64,000 bases of DNA from an uncultured Actinomycetes bacterium (GTDB lineage Bacteria > Actinomycetota > Acidimicrobiia > IMCC26256 > PALSA-610), in assembly GCA_963701825.1 (NCBI GenBank), contig CAVPBG010000002.1, forward strand, positions 1,248,744 through 1,312,743. The letters are read 5' to 3'. Below are positions 10,901 to 18,606 of the stretch, one piece after another. Each line of letters starts with the position of its first letter. The first letter of the stretch is position 1. A program made the translations under genes and the position numbers. The notes under the pieces were generated by a model. The model was not told the DNA's origin. It searched no databases and saw nothing but the letters and a program-made list of their open reading frames with translations.

Positions 10901-11638
10901 GGCGCCGGTGGAGCCATGGAAGCCCGCGTCGCCGAAGGAGAAGATCCCGCCGTCGGCGGCGACGAACCAGTAGCCGTGGCCGGAGGGCGTCGATGCCATG
11001 CCGACGATCGGCTTGTTCAACGTGATGGCGCCGGTTGACCCGTGGAAGGCCGCGTCACCGAAGGCGAAGATCCCGCCGTCGGACGCGACGAGCCAGTAAC
11101 CCTTGCCTGAGGGCGTAGAGGTCATGCCGACGATCGGCTTGTTCAACGCCATCGCGCCGGTGGAGCCGTGGAAGGCCGCGTCACCGAAGGAGAAGATGCC
11201 GCCGTCGGACGCGACCAGCCAGTAACCCTTGCCACTCGGCGTCGACGCCATGTCGACGATCGGCTTGTTCAACGCCATCGCGCCGGTGGAGCCGTGGAAG
11301 GCCGCGTCACCGAAGGAGAAGATGCCGCCGTCGGACGCAACGAGCCAATAGCCCTTGCGTGACGGTGTCGAGGCGATGCCGACGATCGGATGGTTGAGGA
11401 TCGTGGCCCCGGTTCCACCGTGGGCGACGGCGCTGCCGCCGGAGAAGACGTTGCCGCCGTTGTCGGACAGCCAATAGCCGGTGGCCGTCGACGCAGCTAC
11501 GACTCGCGTCGCCGCGCGAGGCGTCGCCGCGGGGCGCGCGGCCGCCGGAGTGGACTGCGCGAATGCGTTCGGCGCGAAGCCGAGGAACACCGCCACAACC
11601 GAGATGAGCGCAATCAGCGCACGACGTGCTTGCGACAT
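7913..11638 (-). CDS. Giant secreted repeat protein: Sec signal peptide, 6 x 42-aa propeller-like repeats, 9 Ig-like roughly 100-105-aa modules each with a Cys pair
   Basis: Uninterrupted 1241-aa ORF. Signal peptide MSQARRALIALISVVAVFLGFAPNAFA/Q. Blades lie at about aa 54-300 (nt 10739-11479). Nine modules begin ATHLVVTTAPS / ASQVAFSTEPS / ATHLVFTVEPS and so on. The protein ends GATVTVV with no LPXTG motif and no TM anchor. Confidence 0.9.
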   Translation of the reverse strand: MSQARRALIALISVVAVFLGFAPNAFAQSTPAAARPAATPRAATRVVAASTATGYWLSDNGGNVFSGGSAVAHGGTGATILNHPIVGIASTPSRKGYWLVASDGGIFSFGDAAFHGSTGAMALNKPIVDMASTPSGKGYWLVASDGGIFSFGDAAFHGSTGAMALNKPIVGMTSTPSGKGYWLVASDGGIFAFGDAAFHGSTGAITLNKPIVGMASTPSGHGYWFVAADGGIFSFGDAGFHGSTGAITLNQPIVGMAATPSGKGYWFVAADGGVFSFGDAVFHGSGTEGADLSVIGMASSSPAIPPATHLVVTTAPSASTGGVPFATQPVVHLLDSKGATASTATNPVTLSIAGSPAGVVLTCDANTVNAVAGVATFAGCSINKAGTYTLDATSGSLTPDTTPAAITVGPASQVAFSTEPSATAVSGTAFGVQPTGTVEDAGGNTVTAATTITLSVGAGTTLVCNQAGNALLATNGVSAFTGCKLTGTAGPYTLHATNGTVTGTSSSIAVGASAATHLVFTVEPSSTALSGSAIAQQPTVTVEDVSGNTVTTGTSITLSPSLGTLACTGSNTKLTTTGVAAFTGCTITGTPGSYTLGATNGTVTGTSTAVTLAVGAATHLVFTTEPSATGASGTALVASPTVTVEDSGGNTVTTANTITLTRSPVGATLVCDQAGNAMAATNGVAVFTGCKLTGAAATYALGASNGTVNGTSTNIALGAGAATQVLFTTQPSGIETTGTALGQQPTVTVEDASGNIVTTANTITLTSAPAGAVLTCDQAGNALVATNGVAAFTGCTLTGTAATYHLHAGNGTLTADSTNIVVGAGLGSQVLFTTQPSTTEASGTALGTSPTVTVEDASGNVVTTANTITLTEAPGGAVLVCDQAGNAMAATNGVATFTGCKLTGTAGTYHLHAGNGTLAGDSTNIALGAGTATQVLFTTQPSTTEASGTALGTSPTVTVEDASGNTVTTANTITLTQAPAGAVLSCDQAGNALIATNGVAAFTGCTLTGTAATYHLHATNGTLTADSTNIALGAGTASQALFTTQPSNTEASGTALVASPTVTVEDASGNIVTTANTITLTEAPAGAVLVCDQAGNAMAATNGVATFTGCTLTGTAATYHIHATNGTVTGDSTDIALGAGTATQLVYTVVPVDNQPSTTNFTTMPTVTVEDASGNTVTTANTITLTLSAGGVLACTQAGNTLVATNGVAAFTGCNITGPAAPYTLTAGNGTLTVGATVTVV
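8216..9475 (-). repeat. Four near-identical 315-nt tandem coding repeats (Ig-like modules 5-8 of the giant protein) with an A-B-A-B pattern
   Basis: Plus-strand strings recur with period 315. Examples are ggtaggtcgcggccgtgccggtcagtgtgcaaccggtgaaggtggcgacgccgttggttgcggccatcgc at 8281 and its close copy at 8911, and the 8596 and 9226 copies pair likewise. Confidence 0.85.
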
Positions 11639-11805
11639 AAGTAGATCTCTCTGATCAGCGACGTCGCCCGGGAAATGGGGGACGCACAGCGCGGTTCCGT
11701 CCCGGACTTCCGAGCGGACCGGGTGACCCTGCTCCGGCGTGCGTTACCGGCGCGTTACGTCGACGCAACGGTGCAAGATTTTCGGATTTACGCGTGACGC
11801 GACAC

Positions 11806-11837
11806 GGCCCGGCGAACGCACGCGCGCTCGCCGGGCC
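11806..11837 (-). terminator. Stem-loop downstream of the cupredoxin gene (10-bp perfect stem GGCCCGGCGA/TCGCCGGGCC, 12-nt loop)
   Basis: Perfect inverted repeat at 11806-11815 / 11828-11837, about 80 nt after the stop at 11916. It has no U-tract, so this is an I-shaped terminator at best. Confidence 0.45.
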
Positions 11838-11915
11838 GTATGGGGGAGACGTGACTGAGAACTACCTCGGTACTAACTACTCACTGGAGTGGGCACTGTG
11901 GGGGGTTAACCGTCG

Positions 11916-12287
11916 CTAACTGACAGTCAACGTGCCGTGCATGAAGCTGTGAATGTTGCAGTGGAACTTGTACGTTCCGGCCTTGGCAGGTGCGGTGAAC
12001 GTTGCCGTCTTACCGGCGTCGATCGTGACGTTGAAACCGCCCGTGGAATCGTCGGCCGTCACGGTGTGCTGCGCCGAACTCTCGTTCTTCACCGTCACCG
12101 TTGCGCCCGCGGTAACGGGAGTCGTGTGAAAGGCGAAGGACGAATCGATCGTGATCTGCGCGGTGCTCGAAGTGGAGTTCGCCGCGGGAGTTGAACTCGG
12201 CGATGAACTTTTGCTGCTGCTTCCGCAAGCCGCGAGACCGACGGCGAGAGCAGCGATGGCCATGAGGGTGTAGATGCGTCGTTGCAT
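11916..12287 (-). CDS. Cupredoxin-fold (type-1 blue copper) lipoprotein
   Basis: 123 aa with a lipobox (LAVGLAAC/G) and a Ser-rich linker. The C-terminal YKFHCNIHSFMHGTLTV gives the Cys-x2-His-x2-Met copper ligands, with an upstream His in AQHTV. Confidence 0.8.
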   Translation of the reverse strand: MQRRIYTLMAIAALAVGLAACGSSSKSSSPSSTPAANSTSSTAQITIDSSFAFHTTPVTAGATVTVKNESSAQHTVTADDSTGGFNVTIDAGKTATFTAPAKAGTYKFHCNIHSFMHGTLTVS

Positions 12288-12320
12288 GGTGGGTTATACG
12301 GAGCGGAGGGTGCCTGTGGT

Positions 12321-13502
12321 TCAGTTCTTTTCGCGGGGAAGCCCCAAAGTGCGTTCTCCGATGACATTGCGTTGGATCTCGTTGGTGCCGGCCCAGATCG
12401 AGCTCGCCTGGTAGTAGAGCCACGAACGCTGCCAAGCCCCGTCGCCGGGATTGTCCTGCGCACCACGCCAGAGCGGTTGCGCGGGTCCGACCACGGCCAT
12501 TGCTGTGTCGTGCAGACGTTTGCTCATCTCGCTCCACCAGAGCTTGTTGATGCTGCCGACGGGGCCGGGCTCCGCGCCCTTGGCGGTGCGCGAGATGGAA
12601 CGCCAGTTGTGCAGCTGGAAGATGCGCACTTCGACGAACGCCTGCGCGAGCCGGCCGGCCAGACGCGGATCGTCGAGCGCGTCTCGTTCGAGCCCGAGCT
12701 TCCAGAGCTCGTCGAGGAGTTGCGAATGGGCGACGAGTTGGCGAGGGTTCACGCCGCGTTCGTGCGTGAGGGTCGAGTTGGCGACGCGCCAACCTTCGTT
12801 GAGCGGGCCGACAAGTCGATCGTCGGGCACGAACACGTCGGTGAAGAACACCTCGTTGAATTCCGACTCGTCGGTGATCTGGCGCAACGGCCGGACCTCG
12901 ACGCCCGGCGCGTGCATGTCGATCGCCAGCGCGGAGATGCCTTTGCTCTTCGGCGCGTCGGGATCGGTGCGCGCCAGGCACCAGCCCCAGTCGGCGAACT
13001 GCGCGTAGCTCGTCCACACCTTCTGCCCGTTGACGAGGAAACCGCCGTCGACCTTGGTGGCGCGGGTCGTGAGCGAGGTCAGGTCGCTGCCGGCACCGGG
13101 TTCGCTGAAGAGCTGGCACCAGATCTCGGTCGCGTCGAGGATGCGGGGCAGCCACAAAGCCTTCTGCTCCGGCGTGCCGTGCGCGAGCAGCGTGGGACCG
13201 ACGAGGTTCACCCCGATCCGGCCGACCAACTCCGGGGCGCGGGCCCGGGCCAACTCCTCGGTGACGATGTAGTGCTCGACCGGCCCGCCGCCCCGCCCGC
13301 CGTACTCGGGCGGCCAGGCCACCCCGACGAGCCGGCCGCTCGCCAGCTTCGCCTGCCAGGCCCGGCCGAACGCGACCTCGTCGGCGAGATCGTCGAAGCG
13401 GGGCGGCAAGCCTTTCCCGTACTCCCACGGGAGGTTCTCGCGCAGCCACCCGCGGACCTCGTCGCGAAGTTCCGCTTCAGCCGGTGTGGCGCGCAAGTCC
13501 AT
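12321..13502 (-). CDS. Acyl-CoA dehydrogenase
   Basis: 393-aa ORF with ACAD-type sequence throughout (WPPEYGGRGG..., QLFSEPGAGSDL, GGFLVNGQKVWTS, AGTNEIQRNVIGERTLGLP). Confidence 0.9.
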   Translation of the reverse strand: MDLRATPAEAELRDEVRGWLRENLPWEYGKGLPPRFDDLADEVAFGRAWQAKLASGRLVGVAWPPEYGGRGGGPVEHYIVTEELARARAPELVGRIGVNLVGPTLLAHGTPEQKALWLPRILDATEIWCQLFSEPGAGSDLTSLTTRATKVDGGFLVNGQKVWTSYAQFADWGWCLARTDPDAPKSKGISALAIDMHAPGVEVRPLRQITDESEFNEVFFTDVFVPDDRLVGPLNEGWRVANSTLTHERGVNPRQLVAHSQLLDELWKLGLERDALDDPRLAGRLAQAFVEVRIFQLHNWRSISRTAKGAEPGPVGSINKLWWSEMSKRLHDTAMAVVGPAQPLWRGAQDNPGDGAWQRSWLYYQASSIWAGTNEIQRNVIGERTLGLPREKN

Positions 13503-13628
13503 TCATGGGGAGCATATTTGCCCCGTCCGCGCCCGATCCTTATTGGTCGCTCGCGCGGCGCGGATCCGAGGGCGGCCTTCGGCGTCCGGCCGGATCCGCT
13601 CCGCTGCCGCTCCTTGGCGCGCCGGAAG

Positions 13629-14927
13629 TCAGACGCGCTGGTCGATCGGCACGTATTTGCGCTCGGTCGGACCGGTGTAGATCTGGCGGGGGCGGCCGAT
13701 CTTCGTCTTCGGGTTCTCGTTGCCCTCCCACCAGTGCGCGATCCAGCCCGGCAAGCGTCCGATCGCGAACAGCACCGGGAACATGTCGGTGGGGAAGCCC
13801 ATGGCCCGGTAGATGAGGCCGGAGTAGAAGTCGACGTTCGGGTACAGCTTCTTCTCGATGAAGTAGTCGTCGGTGAGCGCGACCTCTTCGAGCTGCAACG
13901 CGATGTCGAACAGCACGTCCTTCGACTTCAATTCGTTCAGCACACGCTCGGCCGTGACCTTCAAGATCTTGGCCCGCGGGTCGTAGTTCTTGTACACGCG
14001 GTGCCCGAATCCGGAGAGCCGGAACGGGTCGTGCGGATCCTTCGCCCGGCGCACCGCATCGCTGACGTCGCCACCGTTGTCGCGGATGCTCTCGAGCATC
14101 TCCACGACGGCCTGGTTGGCGCCACCGTGCAGCGGACCCCAGAGCGCGTCGACGCCCGCGGCGATCGATGCGTAGAGGTTCGCCTCGGCCGAACCGACCA
14201 TGCGTACCGTGGAGGTGGAGCAGTTCTGCTCGTGATCGGCGTGCAGGATCAGCAGTTGCTTCAGCGCGTGGACGATCGTCGGCGATACCTCGTACGGCTC
14301 CGACGGCACTGCGAACATCATGCGCAGGAAGTTCTCGATGAGGTCGAGTGAGTTGTCGGGATAGAGGAACGGCTGACCGATCGACTGCTTGTACGAGTAC
14401 GCCGCGACCGTGGGCAGCTTCGCCATCAGGCGCACGATCGAGAGCTGAACCTGATCGGGATCGTGCGGGTCCTCGGAGTCTTGGTAGAAGGTCGCCAACG
14501 CGTTCACCACCGATGCGGTGGTTGCCATCGGGTGCGCGTCCTTGGGGAAGCCGTAGTAGAAGCGCTTCACGTCTTCGTGGACGAGCGTGTGCAAGCGGAT
14601 CTGGCGGCTGAACTCGGTGCGCTCGGCCGCGGTGGGGAGCTCGCCGTAGATGACGAGCCACGCGGTCTCGAGGAACGACGGGTGCTCCTGCTCGGCGAGA
14701 TCTTCGATGTCGTAGCCGCGGTAGCGCAGGATGCCGAGGTCACCGTCGATGAAGGTGATCGCCGACTCGGTCGCGCCGGTGTTCATGTATCCGTAGTCGA
14801 GCGTGATCAACCCGGTCTGCGCGCGCAGCTTGGAGATGTCGATCGCGTACTCGTTCTCGCTGCCACGGATGACGGGGAGCTCGATCTCCTTGCCGTTCCA
14901 CAGCAGCTTGGCCGGTGCTTCCGACAT
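13629..14927 (-). CDS. gltA: Citrate synthase
   Basis: MSEAPAKLLWNGKEIELPVIRGSENEYAIDISKL...ITFIDGDLGILRYRGYDIEDL...LILHADHEQNCSTSTVR...GFGHRVYKNYDPRA. The ATG at 14927 is preceded by GAAGGAG, and the upstream part of the 509-aa ORF is dropped. Confidence 0.92.
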   Translation of the reverse strand: MSEAPAKLLWNGKEIELPVIRGSENEYAIDISKLRAQTGLITLDYGYMNTGATESAITFIDGDLGILRYRGYDIEDLAEQEHPSFLETAWLVIYGELPTAAERTEFSRQIRLHTLVHEDVKRFYYGFPKDAHPMATTASVVNALATFYQDSEDPHDPDQVQLSIVRLMAKLPTVAAYSYKQSIGQPFLYPDNSLDLIENFLRMMFAVPSEPYEVSPTIVHALKQLLILHADHEQNCSTSTVRMVGSAEANLYASIAAGVDALWGPLHGGANQAVVEMLESIRDNGGDVSDAVRRAKDPHDPFRLSGFGHRVYKNYDPRAKILKVTAERVLNELKSKDVLFDIALQLEEVALTDDYFIEKKLYPNVDFYSGLIYRAMGFPTDMFPVLFAIGRLPGWIAHWWEGNENPKTKIGRPRQIYTGPTERKYVPIDQRV

Positions 14928-15082
14928 CCGAGGCTCCTTCGTTGCGGGCGACATGCAATCTACCGATACCCGATCGGGTCGGCGGTTCGGCGCCGGAGGA
15001 TTCGCGTCACACTTACGGGTTGGTGCCCGATAGATACCCAGATTGACGAAGTTGTTACGGGGCCTGCGAGACTCCGGCCCGT

Positions 15083-16096
15083 ATGGACTTCGACCTGACC
15101 GACGACCAGCTGGCCCTCCGCGAGGGCGCGCGCGACGTGCTCGACGACCTCGCCGCACCCGAACGCGTGCGCGCCCACACCACCACCGATGCCCCGTTCG
15201 ACGGGCGCCTCTGGGCGGCGATGGTCGACCAGGGCTGGCTCGGGGTCGAAGTGGGCGAATCGGACGGCGGCCTCGGGCTCGGCTCGGTGGAGGTCGCGGT
15301 CCTGGTCGAGGAGCTCGGGCGGCACGCGGCGCCGGTCCCGTTCGTGCCGACGGTGCTCGCGCTCGACGCGTTCGCCACGGCCGGCGACGCCGCGGGTGTC
15401 GAGCGGCTGTTGTCGGGCGAGGTGCGCGCGTGTGTGGCCTGGGACGCGGCGGCGCCGGTGCCGTACGCGCCGTCGGCGGACGTGGCGATCGTGCTCGCCG
15501 ACGACGGCGTCTACGCGCTGGACATCACCGAGCATCCGCGGCGCGAGCCCGCGATGGATCTCACGCGTGAGCTCGGATGGTTGTCGTTCGATCGCGCCGC
15601 GGCGCGGCAACTCGGTGGGCTGGACGCGCGTACGCGTCTCCTCGACCGCGGCGCAACGTTCACGAGCGCGGATCTGCTCGGGAGCGCTTCGCGCGCGCTG
15701 GACATGTCGGTCGAGTACGCGAAGGACCGCGTGCAGTTCGGCCGGCCGATCGGATCGTTCCAAGCGGTGAAGCACCGGTGCGCCGACATGCTGGTCGACG
15801 TCGAAGGGATGCGCTCGACGGTGTACTGGGCCGCGTGGTGCATCGGCGCGGACGACGCCGACGCGTCGGTCGCGGCGTCGACCGCGAAGATCTGGTGCGG
15901 CGACGCGTCGAAGCGGGTGATGGCCTCCGCGCTCCAGGTGCACGGCGGCATCGGCTTCACGTGGGAGCACGATCTGCATTTCTTCTTGAAGCGCGCCCAG
16001 CTCGACCAGCTCGCCTTCGGCGACGCGGTCGCGCACCGGGCGCGGCTCGCGGCGCTGCTGCGGCCGCGAGTGGAGGCGGGGGAGAGCGTTGTCTGA
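15083..16096 (+). CDS. Acyl-CoA dehydrogenase family protein (short, FadE-subunit-like)
   Basis: 337 aa with ACAD middle and C-terminal motifs (SVEYAKDRVQFGRPIGSFQAVKHRCADM, LQVHGGIGFTWEHDLHFFLKRA). Confidence 0.85.
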   Translation: MDFDLTDDQLALREGARDVLDDLAAPERVRAHTTTDAPFDGRLWAAMVDQGWLGVEVGESDGGLGLGSVEVAVLVEELGRHAAPVPFVPTVLALDAFATAGDAAGVERLLSGEVRACVAWDAAAPVPYAPSADVAIVLADDGVYALDITEHPRREPAMDLTRELGWLSFDRAAARQLGGLDARTRLLDRGATFTSADLLGSASRALDMSVEYAKDRVQFGRPIGSFQAVKHRCADMLVDVEGMRSTVYWAAWCIGADDADASVAASTAKIWCGDASKRVMASALQVHGGIGFTWEHDLHFFLKRAQLDQLAFGDAVAHRARLAALLRPRVEAGESVV

Positions 16097-16637
16097 ATCC
16101 ACGGTGTCGGATCGAGGCGGCCCGATCGCCTGGAACGACACGCCCGTCGACATCGAATGGAACGCGTGGGGCCCGCCGGTGCGGGTGCGGGTCGACCCCG
16201 GCCCGGTTGCGGTGTTCGCCCGGGCCGTCAAGGACTCGAGCCCGATCTACCGGTCGGAGCAGGCCGCGCACGCCGCGGGATTCGACGCGGTGCCCGTCCC
16301 GCCGACCTTCACGTTCGTGATTTCGGACTCCGGCGCGTTCCCCGACCTACAACCCGCGGGCGGGACCGGTTCGATGTACGCGGCCGCGGGCGGCGACGCG
16401 GGCTCCGCCTTCGCGCGTGACGGCCTGTTCCTGCACGGCGAACAACACTTCACGTATCACCGCGCCGTTGCGGTGGGCGATGTGCTCGAGGGACGCTTGC
16501 GCACCTCGAAGCCCGTGGCGCGCACCGCGCGCCGGGGCCCGATGGAAGTGACGTGGTTCCAGACCCGCTGGACCGACCCCGACGGCACCCCGGTAGTCGA
16601 CGAACAGATCGTCTCGCTCTTTTTCCCCAACCCCTGA
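16089..16637 (+). CDS. MaoC-like / hotdog-fold (R)-hydratase-type protein
   Basis: 182 aa that overlaps the ACAD stop by 8 nt. Hotdog-dehydratase-like features are FARAVKDSSPIYRSEQAAHAAGFDAVPVPPTF and LHGEQHFTYHR. Confidence 0.7.
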   Translation: MSESTVSDRGGPIAWNDTPVDIEWNAWGPPVRVRVDPGPVAVFARAVKDSSPIYRSEQAAHAAGFDAVPVPPTFTFVISDSGAFPDLQPAGGTGSMYAAAGGDAGSAFARDGLFLHGEQHFTYHRAVAVGDVLEGRLRTSKPVARTARRGPMEVTWFQTRWTDPDGTPVVDEQIVSLFFPNP

Positions 16638-16665
16638 ATCATCGCGGCGGCGTGTATCGCGTCGC

Positions 16666-16699
16666 CGCCGGCCACGATTTGGCGCAATCGTGGCCGGCG
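16666..16699. terminator. Bidirectional stem-loop between convergent genes (14-bp perfect stem, 6-nt loop)
   Basis: CGCCGGCCACGATT tggcgc AATCGTGGCCGGCG at 16666-16699, between the stops at 16637 (+) and 16786 (-). Confidence 0.6.
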
Positions 16700-16785
16700 C
16701 ATTCACGGACCGGAATCAGGGGAGTGACCCGATCCGGAATGCTCACGGCGACGCGTGACTTGGCGACCTTCCGGGCCGCGTCCGA

Positions 16786-17295
16786 TCAGGTGGTGTCGCC
16801 GACCTTGGCGCCGGCGCCGGTGGTCACGTACCACTTGTCGATGATCTTCTGCCCGTTCACGTCACCGGGCTTGGAGTCGCCTGCGAACGTGTAGAGCGGG
16901 TGGCCGTTGATCTGCAGTTGGAGTTTGCCGTCGTCGGCGCGCTTGAACGTCGCGATCTTGCCGGTGATGCCGGAGCCGACCACGGGGGTGGCGGTGGTGA
17001 CGATCGCCGCTGGCCATGTCGATGCGCACTGCCCGGCGCCGCATGTGCTCGCGCCCGGCGTCTTGTCGTTCTCGAACTGGTAGAGCGACAGGCCCTTGGT
17101 GTCGACGAGGATCATGCCGAGCTTGGTGCTCGCGAGGGTCACCGATGCCGGCGCGGCGGCCACGGTGGTGGTCGTCGTCGTGGCCGGAGCCGACGTATCG
17201 GTGGAGCTCGCCGCCTTGCTGCTACTCCCGCACGCGGCCAGAGCCAGGGCGGCGACGGCAGCTGTCGCGAGCACTCGGATACGGATATGGCGCAT
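16786..17295 (-). CDS. Secreted lipoprotein (Lipoprotein_15 / SCO0930-like repeat type)
   Basis: The start at 17295 gives MRHIRIRVLATAAVAALALAAC/GSSS (lipobox). The sequence continues with a Thr-rich linker and the LYQFENDK...CGAGQCASTWP...HPLYTFAGD pattern typical of this lipoprotein family. Confidence 0.7.
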   Translation of the reverse strand: MRHIRIRVLATAAVAALALAACGSSSKAASSTDTSAPATTTTTTVAAAPASVTLASTKLGMILVDTKGLSLYQFENDKTPGASTCGAGQCASTWPAAIVTTATPVVGSGITGKIATFKRADDGKLQLQINGHPLYTFAGDSKPGDVNGQKIIDKWYVTTGAGAKVGDTT

Positions 17296-17396
17296 GGGAC
17301 CCCCTGGACGATGCAACATGCGGACATCTCCAGTACGGACGGCGCGCCCCACGGGTTCGATGAACCGTTCGATCTCTTCCGCCGTATCCTCCGAAG

Positions 17397-17930
17397 ATGG
17401 TCGAAGTGCGGCCGGTGCTGGCCAACGACGAGGGAGTGCGGGCGGTCTACGCCGCGCACGGGCCCGAGCTGTACCGCTTCGCGCTCCGATCACTCGGCGA
17501 CCGCGGCCTGGCCGAAGAAGCCGTGCAGGAAACCTTTGTGCGCGCCTGGCAGGCCGCGAATCGCTTCGACGACGCGCTGGGGTCGCTCCGCACGTGGCTG
17601 TTCGCGATCGTACGCAACGTGGTCATCGACTTGTCCCGGGCCCGCGCGGTGCGGCCCGCGCTCGCGATGGAGAGCCGAACCAACGAGCCGATCGTGCTCG
17701 ACGACGACGTCGAGCGGGTGCTCGTTGCGTGGCAGGTGGAAGAGGCTCTGCAGAAACTGAGTGACGAGCACCGCGACGCGCTCGTGGAAGTTCACTATAA
17801 ATCGCGGCCCTATCATGATGTTGCCCGCGACCTCGGCGTCCCCGTGGGAACGGTCAAGAGCCGTGTGTACTACGCGCTGAAGGCGATGCGCCTCGCGCTG
17901 GAAGAACTGGGTTGGTCCGATGACGTCTGA
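17397..17930 (+). CDS. ECF (sigma-70 family) RNA polymerase sigma factor
   Basis: 177 aa. Region 2 reads LYRFALRSLGDRGLAEEAVQETFVRAWQ and region 4 reads EHRDALVEVHYKSRPYHDVARDLGVPVGTVKSRVYYALKAMR. Confidence 0.85.
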   Translation: MVEVRPVLANDEGVRAVYAAHGPELYRFALRSLGDRGLAEEAVQETFVRAWQAANRFDDALGSLRTWLFAIVRNVVIDLSRARAVRPALAMESRTNEPIVLDDDVERVLVAWQVEEALQKLSDEHRDALVEVHYKSRPYHDVARDLGVPVGTVKSRVYYALKAMRLALEELGWSDDV

Positions 17931-18588
17931 AGCCTGTCGCGAGATGCGGGCCAGCCTGGGCGCAGTCGCGCTCGGCGGTGCCGATCCCGGCGAGGCGCTG
18001 GCGTTGCGCGCCCACCTCGACGGTTGCGCCGACTGCCGGGCCGAGTTCCGCGAGCTCACGTCGGTGGCGGCCGCACTCCCGCTCGCCGATCCGTCGCACC
18101 TCACCGGCGGGCTCTTGCAGCCCCCGCAGGAGTTGGCGGGTCGGGTGCTCGGCCGAGTCTCGGCCGAGCGCGGCGCGCGCCGTCGCACCAGGACGCGCCG
18201 CCGGGTCGCGATCGCCGCCGCCACGGTGACCGCGATCGCGGCGGCGCTCCTCGCGTTCGTCCTGATCGGCACGAGCAGCGCGCCGGCCGGTACGCGGGTG
18301 GTGTTCGCGTCGCACAACGGGATCACCGCCAACGCGACCCTCCGTCCGCACGCGGCCGGGACTCAGGTGGCCTTCCACGTGGCGGGCCTGCACGACGGCG
18401 ACTACTACTGGCTCTGGGTCACCGGCAGCGACGGCGACCGGATCGCGGCGGGCTCGTTCCAGGGCTCGGGCGCGCCGGCCAACCTCACGATGAACGCCGC
18501 CCTTCCGTTGTCGGAGGCGCGGCGCATCTGGGTCACCGACGAGCACAACCAGGTCGTGCTCGACGACCGGCTCCCGGCTTCGGCTTAG
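17920..18588 (+). CDS. Anti-sigma factor (zf-HC2 type, single TM)
   Basis: It overlaps the sigma gene stop. It has an H-x3-C-x2-C motif (HLDGCADC) and a central TM segment (VAIAAATVTAIAAALLAFVLIG). Confidence 0.75.
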   Translation: MTSEACREMRASLGAVALGGADPGEALALRAHLDGCADCRAEFRELTSVAAALPLADPSHLTGGLLQPPQELAGRVLGRVSAERGARRRTRTRRRVAIAAATVTAIAAALLAFVLIGTSSAPAGTRVVFASHNGITANATLRPHAAGTQVAFHVAGLHDGDYYWLWVTGSDGDRIAAGSFQGSGAPANLTMNAALPLSEARRIWVTDEHNQVVLDDRLPASA

Positions 18589-18606
18589 CCCGGCCCGCCT
18601 TCTAGT

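Noticed and set aside
12010-14661. Long ORFs 12010-13449(-), 12282-14351(+) and 13540-14661(-) overlapping the ACAD and citrate synthase genes
   Set aside because: Their Arg/Pro-rich translations have no motifs, whereas the alternative frames give textbook ACAD and GltA sequences.
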